A stretch of DNA of 32,000 nucleotides, from positions 900,001 through 932,000 of the forward strand of contig NZ_OZ034918.1 of the NCBI RefSeq assembly GCF_964030745.1, read 5' to 3'. The first letter of the stretch is position 1. Each line of letters opens with the position of its first letter. This stretch comes from Candidatus Saccharimonadota bacterium (GTDB lineage: Bacteria; Bacteroidota; Bacteroidia; Cytophagales; Amoebophilaceae). A program made the translations under genes and the position numbers. Positions 17,220 through 25,541 of this stretch are shown in pieces. A model generated the notes under the pieces. The model was not told where the DNA came from. It worked only from the letters and a program-made list of their open reading frames with translations, and did not search any database.

Positions 17220-18397
17220 ACCTTACCCTTACCCTTACTCATCATACTCTTAGGATTCTTTTTATTGTTAGCTCGCTTGCTTGGGTACATATCATATAGT
17301 TCATTTTCTTCTTGTTCTCTTGCTTTCTTATTTTTGATTTCTTTCGCTGCTGCTGTTACATTGGTTATTGCTTGTGTTATAGCTTCTTCTGTTTTTTTTA
17401 TATCTCTAGATTGGTTTAATGCCTTGGTCTTTAATGCTTCTGCTATTGAATTTAATGTTGGTTGTAATTTTATCTGATTCTCTGGTTTTTTTATTTCTTT
17501 TCCTAGCTCTTTTATTTCTTTTCCTAGCTCTAGCGCCTCTTTTTTTTGAGTTTGTAAAGATTTTTCATGTTTTTCTATGCACTCGACCCTTCTTTGCACC
17601 TTATTAGACTTCGTTGAGTTTTGTAGTTGTTCTATGATACTACTTATTTCTTTTTCTTTGAACTTGATTTCTAATTTTTTTATCGTACCTATTGTTTGTT
17701 CTACTAATTTTTTACATTCCTGTAGTTGACTATCAGTTTCTACACTAGGTGTAACAAATACTACATCAGGTCCTTTTTGCGTTGGTTTTTGTTTCTGTTT
17801 CTGTTTCTGTTTCTGTTTGTCCTTGTTCTTGTTCCTGTTCTTGTCCTTGTTCCTGTTCTTGTTCTTGTTCTTGTTCCTGTCCTTGTTCTTGTTCCTGTCC
17901 TTGTTCTTGTTCTCTGTGTTTCCCTTTTTTGCTATATCCTGCGTTGTTTCTATCCTTTGCGCTGTCTTGTTCGCATGCTCTATCTGTTTTACTTCTTCTT
18001 CACCTCCTTCCTTTTCTAGTGTTGTTGTATGCTGTTGGTTTGGCTTGTTCTTATCTACATCCTTTATCTCTTGCTCTTGGTTGTATTGAGTTTTTGGGTC
18101 AGTTGCGCCTTCATCGTTATTATTCTTGTTTGCCTGCTCTTTCCTTTGTTGAGTAGGTATACCTTTGTTGCGCTGCGTTGCTTGATCAGTTATGGCTGTT
18201 TCACTAATGATGGTATTGTTTGATCCAATACATGCCAACCTACCTCTTGATGAAATTGTTATATGATCCTGAATATATTCCTGACCGTTTAGAATGGGTG
18301 GGCGGGGCAAGTTGTATTTCTTAATGTTTTTGCATGCAGCTGCTATTAAAAACGTTAAGCACAAACATAGTTTTACTATAGATTTAATGGTATCCAT
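17216..18397 (-). CDS. Orphan lipoprotein with K/N/Q low-complexity tract and coiled-coil-like C-terminal part; the stop codon is supplied by the IS481 inverted repeat, so it is probably 3'-truncated
   Basis: The preferred start is ATG at 18395-18397, giving MDTIKSIVKLCLCLTFLIAAAC (lipobox). This aligns with the MHTTKFILKIYFCFTFLIAGAC of the 155-aa paralog. The ORF-track start at 18418 is TTG. TAG at 17216-18 lies inside the IS terminal repeat. Confidence 0.7.
   Translation of the reverse strand: MDTIKSIVKLCLCLTFLIAAACKNIKKYNLPRPPILNGQEYIQDHITISSRGRLACIGSNNTIISETAITDQATQRNKGIPTQQRKEQANKNNNDEGATDPKTQYNQEQEIKDVDKNKPNQQHTTTLEKEGGEEEVKQIEHANKTAQRIETTQDIAKKGNTENKNKDRNKNKDRNKNKNKNRNKDKNRNKNKDKQKQKQKQKQKPTQKGPDVVFVTPSVETDSQLQECKKLVEQTIGTIKKLEIKFKEKEISSIIEQLQNSTKSNKVQRRVECIEKHEKSLQTQKKEALELGKEIKELGKEIKKPENQIKLQPTLNSIAEALKTKALNQSRDIKKTEEAITQAITNVTAAAKEIKNKKAREQEENELYDMYPSKRANNKKNPKSMMSKGKGKV
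17791..17910. repeat. Hexanucleotide tandem array (20 units: GTTTCT x4, then YYTTGT variants) encoding the (QK)n/(NK/NR/DK)n tract
   Basis: The period-6 repeat is directly visible. An adjacent 21-bp tandem duplication at 17491-17532 encodes the repeated KEIKELG. Confidence 0.9.
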
Positions 18398-18595
18398 TAC
18401 ACTAATATGGTCAGCCAAAATGGTGCGCTGGCCAATCCTTTTGATTGCTTAGATTTGGCATACGGCTTGTATAGAGGGCAGCTTTAGCTGCTGCTATTAA
18501 AGTTAAGCAAAAACATTACTGTAATGTATACTTAGTAGCATGATGCAATTAGTGCGTGTTGGCTATCGCTTATTTTTATGTTTTTTGCTAAACTT

Positions 18596-19312
18596 TTAGT
18601 TTTTTCTTTCCTCTGGTATAGGGATTTCTGGTAATGTCTTGCTGATTATATCATCTATTTTTTCGTCTAACAATGGTAAATAAGATTCTATTATACCAGT
18701 TTTTTTTAACCTGTCTATGTAGTTATCATAACTGTCTAATTCTTTGATTAAATCTTGAAATTGTTTATGCATTGTCTTCCATAGATTGGCATCAATTGCT
18801 TTGTTTTCTATTCCCTTTACCTCTTCTTCTGCTATCACCTTTTTACGTTCCGCTATTTTTTTTTTAGTCTCACTACACCATTTTTGTAATTCTGTGTTTG
18901 TTAGGAGCTTAGCAGTACTACTAACAGCCTCAGTAGCCTCGCTAGTCTTTTCAACATTCCGCTTGTTCTGATATCCAGATGGAATAGAGGCTCCTTTTTT
19001 AAGATCTTCTGTTGTGGTATCAGTAGCTTTAGGGGGATTCTGAACAGGCAGAGTAGCCTGTTGGCTACCAGGCGTTTGGTTATCAGGGATTATAGGTGCT
19101 AAATCAGATTGACCTGTTTGGTTTTTTGTTGAGACTTGGCTTGGTGTTGGTGCTTGCTTATCCTGATCGATGGTGTAATTAGATTTTTTGACTTTACTGA
19201 TATCTGCTTTTGGTGTGGTTTTTCCTTTACACTTGCATCCTTCTCCAGCTAAACCTACTATAGATAAGTAGAGTAAAGCGCTGCTTGCATAATATTTTAT
19301 ATTGATTTCCAT
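18596..19312 (-). CDS. Hypothetical secreted or lipoprotein-like protein with a P/Q/T-rich disordered region
   Basis: 238 aa. Hydrophobic N-terminus ending GLAGEGC, a low-complexity middle and a charged helical C-terminus. No recognisable family. Confidence 0.6.
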   Translation of the reverse strand: MEINIKYYASSALLYLSIVGLAGEGCKCKGKTTPKADISKVKKSNYTIDQDKQAPTPSQVSTKNQTGQSDLAPIIPDNQTPGSQQATLPVQNPPKATDTTTEDLKKGASIPSGYQNKRNVEKTSEATEAVSSTAKLLTNTELQKWCSETKKKIAERKKVIAEEEVKGIENKAIDANLWKTMHKQFQDLIKELDSYDNYIDRLKKTGIIESYLPLLDEKIDDIISKTLPEIPIPEERKN

Positions 19313-19465
19313 ACTTAATAATCTGGCTATATTATTTTAATGCTTTAGTTTATGCTTATCTACCACTTAAGGTAAGTAAGTTTGTAAGCCAAAAGTTACA
19401 AGACTTCTTGCAGTAATCAAAAAATTAATCTTAAATAAATTGATGCGGTTATACAAACTTCACAC

Positions 19466-19609
19466 TAGACCTTCTGCAAAACCTATTTCTAATGGCAATT
19501 TTGGTGTCGAAGCTTGTCTATGCTCCTCAAATACATCTAGTATTCTGCGGTGCTCGACTGCGCTTCTCCTAAAAATTGCTGATCACAAATAGCTTTTGCA
19601 GAAGGTCTA
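19466..19609. repeat. 144-bp palindromic element (family P), intergenic reference copy
   Basis: Perfect 16-bp termini TAGACCTTCTGCAAAA / TTTTGCAGAAGGTCTA. The roughly 105-bp interior is about 90% identical to the reverse complement of 27561-27704. Confidence 0.9.
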
Positions 19610-19642
19610 CTATTGTATGGGGGTAATTTATTCTTTTTATGC

Positions 19643-20509
19643 CTATTTCCACCTTCTATGTGACCAAAGCCAAAAGGCTGGATTTTCTAGAATATTTGCT
19701 TCTAGCCTCCTGGTATAGCCTGCTGCGATTTCTTGAATCGATAGTTGGGTAGGCTTTTCTGCTAGTAATATCGGTTTTGCTTGGTATTTGCCCCGTTTGA
19801 TGCGCTCTATGTGGATGTAAAAAATAGGTTGGTTGCATTGCTGAGCCAGCTTGGCAGCGGTTACTCCAATAGTTGTTGGTTGCGTTAAAAAGGTGGTGGC
19901 GTAGCCATGTCCACTATGCAATGGGGCTTGGTCTATTAAGAGTGTGGTAGCCTCAGGGGCCCCTTTGTGACTTTTTATATGCTTGAATAGGGCAGTCAGT
20001 GGGATGGCTTTTCGTTGAAAACGCGTTCTTAAATGGAGCACAATGCGGTCTATCTCTTTATGGTGTAAAGGTTGATAACCTGCAGTTATTGTATAGGATG
20101 TTTGCAATGCAAGCGCATCTGCAATCCACTCCCAATTGCCAAAATGGCCAGCAACCAGTATAATCGATTGTCCTTTCCGGTAAAACTTTTCTATACTTTC
20201 TATATCCTTAATGGTAACTTGCTGCAACAGCAGCCTCGGAGATATGGTTAAAGCTTTTATATGCTCTACTAGCAAGTCACATAGATGCTGGTAAAAGCTT
20301 TTTGCTATTTCTTGGCGTTTTTGGGGCGTTTGGTGGGCAAAAGCATGGATTAAGTTTTGCACTACCACTTTGTTTCTATAACCTATTAAGTAGTAGAGTA
20401 CTATATAGCATAAGTTTGCCATACAGTATAATAGCCAAAGCGGCAACAAAGAAAGTAGATAGCATAAAGCGCATATAATAGACATAACCAAAATATAAAT
20501 TGTAGCCAC
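19643..20509 (-). CDS. lpxL: Lipid A biosynthesis lauroyl/myristoyl acyltransferase family protein (LpxL/HtrB-like)
   Basis: 288 aa. N-terminal TM helix and acyltransferase motif VAGHFGNWEW. GTG start at 20509, so the exact start is uncertain. Confidence 0.8.
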   Translation of the reverse strand: MATIYILVMSIICALCYLLSLLPLWLLYCMANLCYIVLYYLIGYRNKVVVQNLIHAFAHQTPQKRQEIAKSFYQHLCDLLVEHIKALTISPRLLLQQVTIKDIESIEKFYRKGQSIILVAGHFGNWEWIADALALQTSYTITAGYQPLHHKEIDRIVLHLRTRFQRKAIPLTALFKHIKSHKGAPEATTLLIDQAPLHSGHGYATTFLTQPTTIGVTAAKLAQQCNQPIFYIHIERIKRGKYQAKPILLAEKPTQLSIQEIAAGYTRRLEANILENPAFWLWSHRRWK

Positions 20510-21000
20510 GTAGGTCTATGGATGGAGCAGTAGTAGAGCATTAAATAGCAAAAAAAAGCATGCAGCACAATTAATATTAAAAAACATTGCAACAATATAT
20601 TTTTTTTATTACCATTAGGTATGGAGCAATCCCATTAAGGTTAGCAAACGCGCAAGCAACAGCGTTGCCACCAGTAGAAGTGGTCTCCAGCCGCTCATTT
20701 AGGTAACTACCCTTTTATGATGCGTGCAAACGATAAATTTATAAAAAAACAAAAAACAAAAAGCCTATGTTACTTTTTCAAGACAAAATAAACATAATGG
20801 GTAGCCATTGCCCATTATCTGAGCCTATTTCAGTAACGCAATCATCCATTTTTACATAACTGGCTAGGATTACCTAATAGAGCCTGCTATTGCTTTTTTG
20901 AGCACAAACAGGGGGTCTTCTATCCAAATAGCAGCAGAAATAGTGCGTTACTGGGTGCATATACATTCTGTTAACTTAACCGATCTAAATTTATGTTATT

Positions 21001-21591
21001 ATGTCCATATCTACTAAAGCGCCAATGGTTTTACTACTTATACTGCTGTCAGCATCAGATGCATGCGGAGCGGTAAAGCCGTTAAAATCAAAATCTACTA
21101 CGCAGACCAGTGCAATTATACCTAAAGTATACTATAAAAAAAGATCAACTAACCCAAAATCACAATGCTCTAAAAATTCTACTTCAAAAAATGTGCTGTC
21201 TAACCAGACAAATCCAGAAACATCAGCAGCGTTGCAATTAGTAGGAGGGGTATCATTACAACCAGCAGCATCACCGTCAGTAGGAGTAGTACCACACCAG
21301 CCAGCTACACCTACAGGTATATCCCCAAAAACCAATCAGTTGCCAATTGATCAGCAGCCCAATATGGCTAACAACCAAGGAGATGGTACTGAAGGCAACA
21401 ATATAGAGGATGGGTATAAAACAAACAACCAGCACCAGCAGCCTACTGAAACGTCACCAAAGAAAGGGGGAGGATTCCTATCTAGGCTGACATGGTTGAA
21501 GAAGAGATTGTGGGGAGAAGAAAAACCAAAGGATGGGCGTGGGGGAAGCTTCCACGATTTTACCATGTTTCCTGATGCACACAAGGATTGA
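21001..21591 (+). CDS. Hypothetical secreted protein, S/T/P/Q/N-rich
   Basis: 196 aa. Signal peptide MVLLLILLSASDAC. The rest is low complexity with no family match recognisable. Confidence 0.55.
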   Translation: MSISTKAPMVLLLILLSASDACGAVKPLKSKSTTQTSAIIPKVYYKKRSTNPKSQCSKNSTSKNVLSNQTNPETSAALQLVGGVSLQPAASPSVGVVPHQPATPTGISPKTNQLPIDQQPNMANNQGDGTEGNNIEDGYKTNNQHQQPTETSPKKGGGFLSRLTWLKKRLWGEEKPKDGRGGSFHDFTMFPDAHKD

Positions 21592-21628
21592 TGCCTGACA
21601 TAGTAGTGGCATAAACGGCCCACATCAT

Positions 21629-21664
21629 ATTCCACCTGGCGCTTGACCAAGCGCCAGGTGGAAT
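21629..21664 (+). terminator. Strong GC-rich hairpin downstream of 21001-21591 (terminator-like, no clear U-tract)
   Basis: ATTCCACCTGGCGCTTG (21629-21645) pairs with CAAGCGCCAGGTGGAAT (21648-21664). It lies 38 nt after the stop codon. Confidence 0.45.
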
Positions 21665-21868
21665 CTATTATCCTGTTACCTCCAAACAACCATCTTATAA
21701 AAAACAGAACTTGTTTTTCCTGCTCTTGATCAAATAAAAAATAAAATATGTATGGTATCTATGCCCTATTCCCCTTTATTTTTTTTGATTTTTAACTAAA
21801 AGTCCTTACCATGAGCAATGGTTCCATTGCTGTAACCCATTACCTAACCTTTTTAATGGTTTTTCTTT

Positions 21869-24800
21869 ATGATCTGCTTTAATATCTCTCTATGGATAGT
21901 CTCTGCTTTTTTAGCGTTAACCTTGATGGTAGGTATTTACTTTAGTAGAAAAAAAACCACCTTTCGAGAATATGCGGTGGGAAGTAAACAGTTTTCTACC
22001 GCTACTTTAGTAGCTACAGTATTGGCTACTGCTTTTGGGGGGGGGGGATTGGTGCGTAACGTAGAGTGTGTGCATGAACTTGGCTTATGGTGGATAATAC
22101 TTAGATTTTTAGATTGTTTTGGTGTATGGGTTGTTAGTAAGTTAGTATTACGTATGGGGCCATTTATGCAACATTTCTCTATGGCAGGGACAATAGGCCA
22201 CATCTATGGAAGATGCCCAAGGGTTATTGCTGCACTGATTGGTATTTGTGGTAGTATCGTTATAATTACTATGCAAATCACTGTAATGTCCCAGGCTATT
22301 GGCATGTGTATAAGCTTAGGTAATCCTTATGTAATGCCTATATTGGCTACTTTACTTCTTGTTTTCTATTCTACTTTTGGAGGTATTCGTGCCGTTACCT
22401 TTACAGATGTATTACAATTTATCACCTTTTCGATTATTATCCCTTTACTCTGTTGGTTTATCTTTAGAAAAGCAGGCAAGCCAATTGCGGAGATTTTTCC
22501 TATGCTACAGAGTCAAACTAAGTTTCAATTTGGCACTCTATTTCATTCTAGCATGCAGTTGGTAAGTATGATCTTACTTGCGTTGAGTTGTTTGGTATCC
22601 TATATAAATCCTCAGATGGTACAGCGGATTTACATGGCTTCTGGTTGTGTCCAAGCCCAAAATGTTTTTTCGTATACAACTATTTTTATGATTATTATAA
22701 AAATTTTTATAATACTAACTGGAATATTTGTTTTTGCAGGAGCGCCAGATTTACCCAAAGCAGCAGTTTGGGAATATATAATGGCCAATATTCCCCCCTT
22801 TTTTAAAGGATTTGTTGCTATTAGCTTACTGGCTATGGCTATGTCTACAGCTGATTCTTGCTTAAATGCTTGTGCGGTTATGGTTAGTCATGATATAGTG
22901 CAAAGCTCACAAAAAGAAATAGCTGATGCACGTCAACTTAAAATAGCTAGATGGACCACGTTAGTAGTGGGCTTATTGGCTATGCTTTTAGCTTTTAAGT
23001 GTAGAGACCTATTAAAACTCATGTATTGGTCTCTTGCTTGTAAGATACCTATAACAGTTGCTCCTTTTACATTAGCTGTTTTTGGCTTTCGGGGTACTTG
23101 TCGTACAGCGTTGATCGGTATGGCAACTGGTGGACTAGCTATTTTAGCTTGGAACACATGGGTTAAGCCTTCAACAGGGATGGATGGCTCTTTCCTTGCT
23201 ATGGTAGCAAATGGCCTAGCTATGATGTCAGCCCACTATTTATTCAAACAGCCCAAAGGTGCAGGTTGGGTTGGTCCAGATTACCAATTTAAACAACTGC
23301 AGCAAGCAGATGCACGTAAGCGCGTGGAACGAAAAGAAGCTATTAAGAATCGTTGGTCCAATAAAAAAGTTAGCTTATCCAAGCTGATACCCAGTGATCG
23401 TACCATACGCTTAACAGGGCTTTATATGGTTGCTACTGCCATTTTAGATTATTGGTTTATTAGGCCCGATCACATCTATTGGGCGATTTGTCAAGTCCTT
23501 GTGGGAGCGCTTTTTACCTCTTCTAAAACCTTTTTTAGCAAAACCATTCCAGCTTGGTGCATGGGTTTGTGTTGGCTAATAGGACTAGCGGTTTACCTCC
23601 CTGTAAATCTACTTGAGCACTGGTGGAATCTGGTAGACCCGGTCTTTACCACATCCTTGTCGCTGGCTCATTGTGGAGTAATCTTATCGCTCTTTCCCCT
23701 CTATCTGGGTATAGGGGTTGTAGCTGGCACATTACTACTAGCGCTTTACCCCATCTCTGTGGGCTTGACGCTGCCCATGTTGTGTACCTTGTTGCCACTA
23801 TTTGTGGTGAGCCTATTAATGGTTGCGATTATTGTTTGGTTTAAAGTCAACCAAAATATTTACACAAATAAAATTCTTTACCTTGAAAATCAGGAAAAAA
23901 TCAGAGAATCCCAGCAGCTAAAAGCCTATCTTTATGATGCAGCTGCGGTACCTACCGCTGGTAAGGCCAAAGGGTATGGCGCTATTTTAACGCAAGTAAT
24001 AGGTAAGATTGAGGAATCTATTTCTTTTTTAGATAGCAATATTCCGCTTTATAAACAGGATTTTCAGAGTATTATCAATAAGCTTTATGATTGGGTAGCT
24101 TATTTCAATAGAAGGGCCAAAGCCAAAAAGCATGCGTTGTTGAAGCCTACGCAGATTACATTAGATAAGTTAATCCGTAAGGTAGAGTTGGCCTTGCTGC
24201 AAGAGGTGGCTGATCCGCCTAGACTACTGGTAGAAACCATAACTAGTGCCAATGGGGGGGCATCCCCTTATATGGTATGTGATATCCATCAAGTAGTCTA
24301 CTTATTGGTTAAGGCTGTTTTACGTGTCGGTAAGCTACAGGAGGCGGTTAGGCCCGTTGTGCGGATACAACTCCATTCCACTGCTTTGCAGTTTAAGCTA
24401 GCCGATCCTGTTGATGGCAGCCAGCCTGTATGCATTCTTTTTCAAGCTACTGCGTTGGTAATCAGCCAGGCTACTGTTGCTCCTGAAACACTACCTACAG
24501 TGAAACAGACCTATCGTGATGCTATAGATGCAATCGGCCCTCAAGGTAAACCAGAAACACCACCCTCTATAGACTTGCAACAGGAAACCTTATCCAGTAT
24601 TGTTGGTGCCCATTATGGCTATTGGGAAACGTTGGGTGGGGAAAAACAACCAACCATGTTGTTGGTATTGCCTAATGATGTGACAGATATCCTAGGTAGG
24701 ATGACTACTACACTCCCTCTAGATGCCTTAACCTTAGAAGCACCTGCCACCCCTAAGGAGCAAGCCGATTCGATGATGGCACTCATGAAGTTCCATGATT

Positions 24801-25405
24801 ATGTTTGCAAGTCCTCTTATCAGATGGATCCTGTGGATGTAGGCACTATTTCTGGATTGCTTTTATTGCTGCGGCAACATTTTGGTTTTAAACGACATGT
24901 TTCTGGTCAATTGCTTTATGTACGGGCGGTAGGCATTGCTGAATTGGTAGTAGAGTGGGCTTTTCATTCTCCTAAAGTGATCTATGCTGCTTTGTTGTAT
25001 GAACTGGTGCGTCGCACCTGTTTACCGCTTTCTTATGTCAAGGAACATTATAACTTAGGCGTCTATGCTTTTGTCTTGAATGTGGTAGGGATCGATAAAC
25101 GGCAATCGCTAGACCATCCTTCTTTGCTATATGTGCAGAATCGACTGAAAGAAGCGATCAAGGAAGAACATATACAGCTTTCTGTTCTATTTATTAAACT
25201 GGCAGAACGGCTCTATGACCTACGCCATGCAGCAGGTTATATCCATCCAACAGAGGTGCAACATATGGCACAAGAAACATTGGCTATAGATGTGAAACTG
25301 GCCAATACGTACTTAGGCCCAGAGATAGCTACAGTATTAGAAGTAGCAGCTAGAAAGGCACTAAAGATGGGCCAAGAGATTAGGCAAGCTAAAGGGGCAA
25401 AATAG
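21869..25405 (+). CDS. Multidomain membrane protein: sodium:solute symporter (SSF) domain, then extra TM bundle, then histidine-kinase-like module lacking catalytic motifs, then degenerate RelA/SpoT-type HD (ppGpp-hydrolase-like) domain
   Basis: 1178 aa. Residues 1-470 are SSF-like (FREYAVGSKQFS, TAFGGGGL, about 12-13 TM). Residues 510-650 form about 5 more TM helices. Residues 660-930 resemble the DHp/HATPase layout (MVCDIHQVVYLLVKAVLRVGK ... LSSIVGAHYGYWETLGGEKQPTMLLVLP). Residues 990-1170 align to RSH hydrolase blocks (HFGFKRHVSGQ, AALLYELVRRT, LFIKLAERLYDLRH, AQETLAIDVKLA). Confidence 0.8.
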   Translation: MICFNISLWIVSAFLALTLMVGIYFSRKKTTFREYAVGSKQFSTATLVATVLATAFGGGGLVRNVECVHELGLWWIILRFLDCFGVWVVSKLVLRMGPFMQHFSMAGTIGHIYGRCPRVIAALIGICGSIVIITMQITVMSQAIGMCISLGNPYVMPILATLLLVFYSTFGGIRAVTFTDVLQFITFSIIIPLLCWFIFRKAGKPIAEIFPMLQSQTKFQFGTLFHSSMQLVSMILLALSCLVSYINPQMVQRIYMASGCVQAQNVFSYTTIFMIIIKIFIILTGIFVFAGAPDLPKAAVWEYIMANIPPFFKGFVAISLLAMAMSTADSCLNACAVMVSHDIVQSSQKEIADARQLKIARWTTLVVGLLAMLLAFKCRDLLKLMYWSLACKIPITVAPFTLAVFGFRGTCRTALIGMATGGLAILAWNTWVKPSTGMDGSFLAMVANGLAMMSAHYLFKQPKGAGWVGPDYQFKQLQQADARKRVERKEAIKNRWSNKKVSLSKLIPSDRTIRLTGLYMVATAILDYWFIRPDHIYWAICQVLVGALFTSSKTFFSKTIPAWCMGLCWLIGLAVYLPVNLLEHWWNLVDPVFTTSLSLAHCGVILSLFPLYLGIGVVAGTLLLALYPISVGLTLPMLCTLLPLFVVSLLMVAIIVWFKVNQNIYTNKILYLENQEKIRESQQLKAYLYDAAAVPTAGKAKGYGAILTQVIGKIEESISFLDSNIPLYKQDFQSIINKLYDWVAYFNRRAKAKKHALLKPTQITLDKLIRKVELALLQEVADPPRLLVETITSANGGASPYMVCDIHQVVYLLVKAVLRVGKLQEAVRPVVRIQLHSTALQFKLADPVDGSQPVCILFQATALVISQATVAPETLPTVKQTYRDAIDAIGPQGKPETPPSIDLQQETLSSIVGAHYGYWETLGGEKQPTMLLVLPNDVTDILGRMTTTLPLDALTLEAPATPKEQADSMMALMKFHDYVCKSSYQMDPVDVGTISGLLLLLRQHFGFKRHVSGQLLYVRAVGIAELVVEWAFHSPKVIYAALLYELVRRTCLPLSYVKEHYNLGVYAFVLNVVGIDKRQSLDHPSLLYVQNRLKEAIKEEHIQLSVLFIKLAERLYDLRHAAGYIHPTEVQHMAQETLAIDVKLANTYLGPEIATVLEVAARKALKMGQEIRQAKGAK

Positions 25406-25541
25406 GTAGTAGGTATGGGAACTGGCTACTCATTTTTAAGAGGGCGTTTGCCTATAGATGATTCAAATGTAGGATAATGGCTATAAGCCCATTATATTTG
25501 TGATGTTTTTAACATTTACAACTTTTTAGCCTTCTTTCGAA

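Noticed and set aside
17726-18223. Four plus-strand ORFs with LFLFLF, SCSCSC and LVLVPV compositions
   Set aside because: They are antisense translations of the hexanucleotide repeat inside the lipoprotein gene. The periodic low complexity keeps all frames open.
20401-20595. ORF 20401-20595(-), 64 aa
   Set aside because: It overlaps the 5' end of the lpxL-like gene in another frame. Its hydrophobic composition simply mirrors the TM-coding region.
21132-21689. ORFs 21132-21335(-) and 21351-21689(-)
   Set aside because: They are antisense to the 196-aa secreted-protein ORF and span the terminator-like hairpin. There are no motifs. Neither strand is strongly supported, but the plus-strand ORF has an export signal.
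21811-21880. Upstream ATG at 21811 (MSNGSIAVTHYLTFLMVFLYDLL) and the palindrome AGCAATGG-TT-CCATTGCT (21814-21831) as an N-terminal extension or frameshift of the symporter gene
   Set aside because: The upstream frame differs from the main ORF and stops just after 21869. The ATG at 21869 already yields a complete first TM helix and the SSF N-terminal pattern. A small uORF or regulatory hairpin cannot be excluded but is unsupported.
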